Source of the DNA: a virus
Taxonomy: Duplodnaviria > Caudoviricetes
IMG/VR virus record: IMGVR_UViG_3300031994_000009
DNA length: 64,000 bases
Reading direction: 5' to 3' (one strand)
Shown here: one piece after another, positions 58,103-64,000 of the stretch
How positions within the stretch are numbered: position 1 is the stretch's first letter
Layout of the letters: each line of letters begins with the position of its first letter
Made by a program: the position numbers and the translations under genes
Notes under the pieces: generated by a model
Database searches by the model: none
The model's input: the letters and a program-made list of their open reading frames with translations, nothing else
Told to the model about the DNA's origin: nothing

Positions 58103-58115
58103 TCCGTATATTTGC
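58103..58115 (+). promoter_or_regulatory. Promoter TCCGTATATTTGC (DNA polymerase)
   Basis: Exact motif copy with upstream TTTG. Confidence 0.8.
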
Positions 58116-58164
58116 GTCGAAATCTTCCTTATTTATTGGGATTCTTTAAAAATGCTTTTTCAAA

Positions 58165-59673
58165 ATGATTGTAAATCACGAAGTAAGAGATTATACAAGA
58201 AATGGAGTAAAGGTTCTGGATCCGTATGGTAGAGAACAGAAGTTCCTTTATATATCATATGTAGGAAAGGATGGTGAGATAAAGTCCTATTTTTGGATAC
58301 TTCCACAAGAGCTTATGTACTCATGGAAGCTTGCGACAAAAAAGGATATACCAGATCCTCAATATGTGTCGTGGGACAACAAGCCTGTCGTGAAGGTTCC
58401 GATCGTTGGAAAGTTCAGTGATCAAAGGATCCATGAGATTTTCATGGACATGGAAAGGTGGTATCCAGACGATGAAAACCTTAAAGACATTCGCAAGTTG
58501 TATATTCCAAAGACAGCATATCTTGATATTGAAGTCAATGTTGATGATACTGGATTCCCAGAGGCAAAGGACGCAAGGAATACCGTCAACACCGTTTCTT
58601 TCATCAAGGATGATGTCGCGACTGTTCTTGGGTTGGCTGATCTTTCTCAATCTGATATAGACTGGATCCAAAAAGAGATTGACAAGCATTGTGAGCCGTT
58701 GGGCGTTAAGTACAAATTCGTTTACAGATACTTTGATTCGGAGGTTCATCTGTTACATTCATTGTTTTTCGATTACATAGCGAAGACACCTTGCATAACG
58801 GGATGGAACTATTTCGGATACGACTGGCCTTATCTTGTGAACCGTGCAGCCAATCTTGGTATAGACATATCGTCATTGTCCCCCACTGGGACATGGGTTC
58901 CGTATGTCTCAAAGGATCCAGCGATCGATAAGGTGACTGTTCCTATGCACAAGTGCATGTACGACTATATGGAGATCTATAAGAAACTCGATAGATCGAT
59001 ACAGCCTAAGGAAAGTAACAAGCTCGATTGGGTTGCGGACAGGGTCCTTGGAATCAAGAAGGTTGCCCATCAGCTTGGGTTCAAGGAGATGTGGGAACGC
59101 CAGAAGAAGGAGTATGTTTTCTATAACGCGATCGATAGTGTTTTGGTGAGAGAAATCGACAAGAAGCTCAAGACAAGCGCTGTCATGTTCGGTCTAGCTT
59201 CCCTTATGAATGTTCCGTTGTTGTCGTCGTTTGCATCATCCAAGAGTATCGAGATTGTGCAAGCCGAATACCTCTATAAGGAAAACAAGGTTTTTCCAGT
59301 TGTCAAGAAATCCCTAGAAAAGAAGGAATATGAGGGTGCGTTTGTGTTCCAGCCAATTCCAGGGATATACAGGAATGTGTACTGTCTAGATTATGCTTCG
59401 TTGTATCCGACAACAATGCGTCAGTTTAACATATCGCCAGACACTTTCCTTTTCAAGGACAAGAACTATACACCCAAGGATAACGAGATAAAGTGTGTGA
59501 ATGGTTCCGTTTACAGGAATGACATAGAGGGTTTCATTCCTAAGATATTGGGGGATTTCTTCGCTAAAAGAAAAGCTTATAAGAAGGAGATGGTCAGGGC
59601 ACAGAAGGAGAGATATAAGTTGGAGGAGATTCTCGAAAGACGAGAGAAGGAACTTTCTGAAAAAATGAAATAG
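58165..59673 (+). CDS. gp43: Family B DNA polymerase, N-terminal subunit (exonuclease plus motif A) of a split enzyme
   Basis: ExoI DIE, ExoII GWNYFGYDWPY, ExoIII YNAID, motif A DYASLYP; stops in the fingers helix with no KxxxNSxYG or YGDTDS. Confidence 0.88.
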   Translation: MIVNHEVRDYTRNGVKVLDPYGREQKFLYISYVGKDGEIKSYFWILPQELMYSWKLATKKDIPDPQYVSWDNKPVVKVPIVGKFSDQRIHEIFMDMERWYPDDENLKDIRKLYIPKTAYLDIEVNVDDTGFPEAKDARNTVNTVSFIKDDVATVLGLADLSQSDIDWIQKEIDKHCEPLGVKYKFVYRYFDSEVHLLHSLFFDYIAKTPCITGWNYFGYDWPYLVNRAANLGIDISSLSPTGTWVPYVSKDPAIDKVTVPMHKCMYDYMEIYKKLDRSIQPKESNKLDWVADRVLGIKKVAHQLGFKEMWERQKKEYVFYNAIDSVLVREIDKKLKTSAVMFGLASLMNVPLLSSFASSKSIEIVQAEYLYKENKVFPVVKKSLEKKEYEGAFVFQPIPGIYRNVYCLDYASLYPTTMRQFNISPDTFLFKDKNYTPKDNEIKCVNGSVYRNDIEGFIPKILGDFFAKRKAYKKEMVRAQKERYKLEEILERREKELSEKMK

Positions 59674-59690
59674 TTTAAAATCAATAACTT

Positions 59691-60137
59691 ATGATTACAG
59701 AAGGATTAAAATGTGTCCGTTGCGGACATGAACTTGAAGTAGAGGATATCCAAGATTTTGATGATGAAATAGGAACGACTACGATTTTGTTTTGTCCGTA
59801 TTGTGGGGCGATATATGAGGAAACCGAGCCATTGGATGAGGATAAGCAGAATTATGAATTCTACAAGGATGGTATGGACATTTCTGGAAGGTTGGATGAA
59901 CCAGATATCATGAATGGACATTGCCTGAATTGTGGGCATAAGGTTTCTATGGCAAACAATTTCATGCTTTCTGACTATGATGATACGGTTACTGAGGATG
60001 ATGACAAGATGAACTTTGTCTTGAACGAGTGCCCATATTGCGGGATGAATGAGGTTCGTTGGGATAATTCCGATAATGAGAGTAAAGTTTTCCCTTATTG
60101 GACAGAAAATCAAAACGAAGATGGGCAGGAAGCGTAA
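59691..60137 (+). CDS. Double zinc-ribbon protein
   Basis: CVRC/CPYC and CLNC/CPYC pairs. Confidence 0.7.
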   Translation: MITEGLKCVRCGHELEVEDIQDFDDEIGTTTILFCPYCGAIYEETEPLDEDKQNYEFYKDGMDISGRLDEPDIMNGHCLNCGHKVSMANNFMLSDYDDTVTEDDDKMNFVLNECPYCGMNEVRWDNSDNESKVFPYWTENQNEDGQEA

Positions 60138-60828
60138 TGGTGGAAGTTTTTTCGAGAGTAATTCATTTGCCTTATTTTCCGACGATCCTGTTGTCCCTGT
60201 GGTGTGCCGTGATAACGATAGTACTAATTGTAAGGGGAAGACATCACAGGAAGTTCAAGAAGATGAACGAACTGGAACACAATCAGCTGATGAAAAACCA
60301 GAACACGTTGAATCAGCTAATAAAGAAGCTCACCGTGTTGCTAAAAGAGGATTCAGAGCTATCCAGAACGCTCAAGGCGACGGTCGTCCAGAAAATACTC
60401 CCGTTCGTGAGGAACGACATGGAGACGCGAAACCTGATAAAAGAGATAGAAAAGGCGGAGAGTCTGAAAAAAGAGGCGATGGATCAGTTAAGGGACAAGT
60501 CAAAAGAACTAGACGATCTAAACAGAAAGTACAGGAAATTGAAGGAGGATCTGGAACTGGAAAGGACAACAAAGCCTCTGGTGAAACTTTAGAAGAAAAG
60601 AAGGACGTTGACTATGACAAGTTCCCGTTGGTCGAGTTTGAACCTTCGTCGAAAGTTTTTTCCAAGAAGATAACTGGTAAACCGAGAGACACCGAAGATC
60701 CTTTCACGGTTGAAGTTGTCATAGACAATCTTAGGTATAGAGTATCGAGATGCTCAATAAAGGGGGATACTTATGTTCAGGGCTTGGACAGCAGGTTTAT
60801 CGTCAGTAAATTGATTACTAAAAAATGA
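60121..60828 (+). CDS. Hypothetical protein with disordered N-terminus, overlapping 60137-60592 in another frame
   Basis: Open frame; stop overlaps the next ATG (ATGA). Confidence 0.55.
   Translation: MGRKRNGGSFFESNSFALFSDDPVVPVVCRDNDSTNCKGKTSQEVQEDERTGTQSADEKPEHVESANKEAHRVAKRGFRAIQNAQGDGRPENTPVREERHGDAKPDKRDRKGGESEKRGDGSVKGQVKRTRRSKQKVQEIEGGSGTGKDNKASGETLEEKKDVDYDKFPLVEFEPSSKVFSKKITGKPRDTEDPFTVEVVIDNLRYRVSRCSIKGDTYVQGLDSRFIVSKLITKK
60137..60592 (+). CDS. Membrane-anchored coiled-coil protein nested within the previous gene
   Basis: TAATG coupling to the zinc-ribbon gene; TM helix TILLSLWCAVITIVLIV followed by coiled coil. Confidence 0.6.
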   Translation: MVEVFSRVIHLPYFPTILLSLWCAVITIVLIVRGRHHRKFKKMNELEHNQLMKNQNTLNQLIKKLTVLLKEDSELSRTLKATVVQKILPFVRNDMETRNLIKEIEKAESLKKEAMDQLRDKSKELDDLNRKYRKLKEDLELERTTKPLVKL

Positions 60829-60947
60829 GGATTGCTCTTGGTGTTTTTATTGTTGTGATTTATATCTCATTGAAAATCTGGATCCTTATCGAGATTTTTC
60901 AGTTTGTTTTATATACTGTCTATTTTATTTTAAAAAAGAAACGTTAA
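60825..60947 (+). CDS. Small membrane protein (40 aa)
   Basis: MRIALGVFIVVIYISLKIWILIEIFQFVLYTVYFILKKKR; ATGA overlap. Confidence 0.5.
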   Translation: MRIALGVFIVVIYISLKIWILIEIFQFVLYTVYFILKKKR

Positions 60948-60963
60948 ACTAAAAATAAATAAA

Positions 60964-61956
60964 ATGAACATGTATCAATGGGCAGAGAATGAGTGTAGAC
61001 TCGCCTGCGGGAAAGAAAATCCAGATCATAATTTCGATAGTGACGATTTCGATTATGGATGTAGCTGTTACAAGTCAGCATTGAAAGCTTATAAATCTTT
61101 ATTGGATGATGGACATAGCGGTATGTCTTTTAGTTTTACAAAAAGAATACTTGAAAGGCTTATGGATAATCAGCCGCTCACGCCGATAACAGACGATGAT
61201 TTTTTTAGCGTAGAAAGAGGTACAGAAGAGTATCCTATGGAATCTGAGGAATATTTAAAGGAACGTGGATTGAAATCTGATCTTCAATGTCTTAGGATGA
61301 GCAGTCTATTCAGGACAGAAACGATCGATGGCTGCGTTAAGTATCATGACATAGATAGATATTATTATGTTGATGTTGAATGTCCGTCGGATACATATAG
61401 TTCTTCAGCTGATTTTCTTGATGAAATGTTTCCGATTACCATGCCGTATAATCCAGAGGTTGGGAAATACGTCATATATGCACAAACATTTCTAAGTGAT
61501 GTAAACAAAGGTGATTTTGATACTAAGGGAATTCTTTATCTGAAAACTCCAAGTGGAGAAAAAGTTGATGTTGGAATATACATGACAGAAAAAGATGGAA
61601 AAATGGTTCGTATTAATAGGGATGAATATGAAGATTTGTTGAAACATCGTGTTGATAAGTTATACAAGAAAGTTGCTAACCATTTGCTTTGGACGCTTTT
61701 GTCAAATTCGGCATCAGACGAAGAGATCGAACGCCGCGAAAGAGCTTATAACGGACTTTCAACAACAATGAAGCTAGGGTTCGAGGAACATCTTTGTGAA
61801 CTTTGCGAGTTTTTCGAAAACCCAGATCATTGGAAATATAATACATTCAACATTTCTCAAGCTCTTTGCAAAAACGACACAGAATGTTTCAAAGATGTAC
61901 CAGAATTGGTTGAAATTTCAAATTATTTGCAAACGATTTTAAAGGTTATTGAATAA
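60964..61956 (+). CDS. Hypothetical phage protein
   Basis: 330 aa; DGHSGMS and PLTPITD motifs. Confidence 0.7.
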   Translation: MNMYQWAENECRLACGKENPDHNFDSDDFDYGCSCYKSALKAYKSLLDDGHSGMSFSFTKRILERLMDNQPLTPITDDDFFSVERGTEEYPMESEEYLKERGLKSDLQCLRMSSLFRTETIDGCVKYHDIDRYYYVDVECPSDTYSSSADFLDEMFPITMPYNPEVGKYVIYAQTFLSDVNKGDFDTKGILYLKTPSGEKVDVGIYMTEKDGKMVRINRDEYEDLLKHRVDKLYKKVANHLLWTLLSNSASDEEIERRERAYNGLSTTMKLGFEEHLCELCEFFENPDHWKYNTFNISQALCKNDTECFKDVPELVEISNYLQTILKVIE

Positions 61957-61977
61957 TTTTATAATTTCTAATTTTTG

Positions 61978-62577
61978 GCGATCGATCCACACGGGTCGAT
62001 CGCTTTTTGTTTTTACAAACATCCAAAACCATCAGATAAATAATATAAATGAAAAAAAATCAAGGTTTTGGCTACAATAAAATCAGATAGGGTTGATTAT
62101 AAGAAGCTGTTGAACTGGATTGATTTTTTATTTGGATAAATAATAAAAGAAAAAAGATATAATTATAATGCCAAAGTTTTATTTGAGAAAAAATGAACAA
62201 GATAAACATCATATAAATGAAAATTATATGGGTAATGATGCAGATAAAATGTTGTATGCGTCTAAGGTGTTTGAACAAAGCATACAACAGTATGAGGAAA
62301 TTATAAAAAAAGATCATAATAGGAAAGTTGAACTAGGAAGATCTTTTCTAGAACAATTAGCGAAGATGTTATACGAATTTCAAAAAACTTTGATAGATAA
62401 TAAAAAATAGAATCATAAAATATATAAAAAGCGATCGATCCTATGGGGATCGATCGCTTTTATTTTTCGCCCCATCAAAAAACAGGCATAAATACCATAA
62501 ATGAAGCATTTATAAGGTTTTGAGCACAATAAAATCAGATAGGGTTGATTATGAGAAGCTGTTGAACGGGATCGATC
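61978..62577 (+). repeat. Imperfect direct duplication (hairpin, promoter and gene start) flanking an 80-aa gene
   Basis: 62074-62115 vs 62526-62567 are 41/42 identical; both preceded by GCGATCGATCC hairpins and ATAAATA. Confidence 0.85.
62168..62410 (+). CDS. Small hypothetical protein
   Basis: 80 aa; own ATAAATA at 62136; INE motif. Confidence 0.55.
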   Translation: MPKFYLRKNEQDKHHINENYMGNDADKMLYASKVFEQSIQQYEEIIKKDHNRKVELGRSFLEQLAKMLYEFQKTLIDNKK

Positions 62578-63206
62578 CAGTTAAGACGACAACATCTATA
62601 CTTGACGTTCCGTCTGAAGCAGTCGTTCCCACTCCTTCAAACGTTGCTTCAGCCGTCGACTCTACTACACCTTCGGAAACGATGCAGGTGAAGATGTTCA
62701 CGTTCGATTACGATTCTGTCAAGAAGGGCCTCAGGAAGAAGGCGAGAAAGAGTATTATAAACATCGTCCAGCATATCATCCCAGCGGATATCATAGAGGA
62801 AGCTTATATACAGGACAAGCTTGAACAGGATATAGAGACTCTTACGGAGCTTTACATGCAGCTTGAGCTTAATAAGATAATGCAGAGATCTCAGGTGGAT
62901 CTTGTAGCTTCTGGTAACACTATGCCTAGGATGTACGAGGTGTTCGGTCAGATGACGGACAGGGTACAGTCGATCAACAAGCAGATAGTGGACACGGAGC
63001 AACGGATAAGGAAGACATATGTCGATCTGAAGTTCGAGATCAGGGACAAGCAGAGCGAGGAGTTTGGGGCCATTGGCGCGGCTGCTATAGAGAATCCGTC
63101 TGGAACCATGATCACGTCCACTAGGGATTTGATCGCTGGTGCTAGGAAACGCCACATAGATAAGATAAGCAACGCTAACGAAACAGAATTTGAGATACAG
63201 GAATGA
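62520..63206 (+). CDS. Hypothetical helical protein (possible terminase small subunit)
   Basis: 228 aa, PRMYEVFGQM, upstream of gp25 and terL; TTG start. Confidence 0.5.
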   Translation: MSTIKSDRVDYEKLLNGIDPVKTTTSILDVPSEAVVPTPSNVASAVDSTTPSETMQVKMFTFDYDSVKKGLRKKARKSIINIVQHIIPADIIEEAYIQDKLEQDIETLTELYMQLELNKIMQRSQVDLVASGNTMPRMYEVFGQMTDRVQSINKQIVDTEQRIRKTYVDLKFEIRDKQSEEFGAIGAAAIENPSGTMITSTRDLIAGARKRHIDKISNANETEFEIQE

Positions 63207-63577
63207 TAAGGGAAATATACATAAGGGATGAGAACGATCCCTATTTCAATCCTACGATAATAGATTACAGCAACGAGGTTGAGTCCGTCATATCACAGAT
63301 AAGGATGATACTCGGAACGAAGAACGGAGATGTTCTTGGATCTTATGATTTCGGTGTTGATCTTGAGGATATGGTTTTCAACACTAGGTTCGCGGCGGAT
63401 CAGGTTATGGAGAAGGTGAATGACCAGATTGACAAATATGTTAAGCATAGCGATCAGATTTACGTATACTGTGACATATCGTTCGGTGATTCTGGGATGG
63501 GGTATGACTATGCCATATTGGACATTTATATCAATGGTGTGAAGAGTATTGGTTTTGTAATAGACAAAAACGAATGA
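63203..63577 (+). CDS. gp25: gp25-like baseplate wedge protein
   Basis: SQIRMILGTKNGDVLGSYDFGVDL motif. Confidence 0.75.
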   Translation: MIREIYIRDENDPYFNPTIIDYSNEVESVISQIRMILGTKNGDVLGSYDFGVDLEDMVFNTRFAADQVMEKVNDQIDKYVKHSDQIYVYCDISFGDSGMGYDYAILDIYINGVKSIGFVIDKNE

Positions 63578-63585
63578 GTCGATGA

Positions 63586-64000
63586 ATGGCAAAAGAACCT
63601 CAGCATGAAGTAAGGCGTCAGAGAAGAATATATTCAACAAAGTTGATCGATCAGCTTATCAAAGATCGACAGAATGGGTATGAGATAGACTTTGATCCTT
63701 TTTTCCAAAGAGATCTTGATCTTAGGGCGGAAGGCGTTCCGTTTAATATGACAGAATGGGAACTGAACGAATATCAAAAATGTTATGATGATCCGATTTA
63801 TTATACAGAGAATTATGCGAAGTTCATGACGGATTATGGATTGTCAACGGTTGAATTAAGAGATTTTCAAAAAAAGATAATTTCTGCGGTAACAGCGGAA
63901 ACTTATGATGCATCATCAGATTTGTTAATACCTGATAATCAGAATGTTATAATAATGGCTGCACGTCAGACGGGTAAAACCACAACAATTTCCGCTTTTT
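63586..64000 (+). CDS. terL: Terminase large subunit, 5' part (runs off window)
   Basis: EYQKCYDDPIYY, LRDFQ adenine-binding motif, Walker A ARQTGKT. Confidence 0.9.
   Translation, partial: MAKEPQHEVRRQRRIYSTKLIDQLIKDRQNGYEIDFDPFFQRDLDLRAEGVPFNMTEWELNEYQKCYDDPIYYTENYAKFMTDYGLSTVELRDFQKKIISAVTAETYDASSDLLIPDNQNVIIMAARQTGKTTTISAF

Noticed and set aside
60121-60828. Embedded i-spanin/o-spanin pair
   Set aside because: No lipoprotein signal in the second frame, and the basic patch after the TM helix predicts a cytoplasmic coil
59674-61956. Intron or intein interrupting DNA polymerase
   Set aside because: No downstream polymerase exon or splicing motifs; the following ORFs are unrelated
1-64000. 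tRNA or rRNA genes
   Set aside because: No cloverleaf or rRNA-like sequence noticed in the short intergenic regions

Overview
A 64-kb segment of a large T4-like (myovirus-type) lytic phage genome. The host is probably a Bacteroidota anaerobe: Bacteroidota-type TAnnTTTG promoters, class III RNR, and a Bacteroidota-like lipoprotein all point that way. Core genes: gp55-like late sigma factor, NrdD/NrdG, gp41 helicase, gp47/gp46 nuclease, gp32 SSB, RuvC-like resolvase, prohead protease, major capsid protein, the N-terminal half of a split family B DNA polymerase, gp25 and the start of the large terminase. Directly downstream of the capsid gene is a minimal phage-encoded type V CRISPR system: a 756-aa RuvC effector that I recognise as Cas-lambda-like, plus a 36-nt-repeat array with 9 spacers and no cas1/cas2. 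The last repeat is split by a 494-bp transposase-less cassette with terminal inverted repeats (TIRs) that carries a lipoprotein gene. Other notable signals: the palindrome GATCGATC is highly iterated (at least 24 copies); a MoxR-AAA/metallopeptidase/vWA operon and a degenerate SET-domain protein carry putative prohead-protease sites, suggesting virion cargo; two promoter motifs partition the genes into early and late classes; there is an overprinted gene pair; and a GATC-poor tail-fibre module looks imported. All protein calls come from motifs read by eye; no searches were run.
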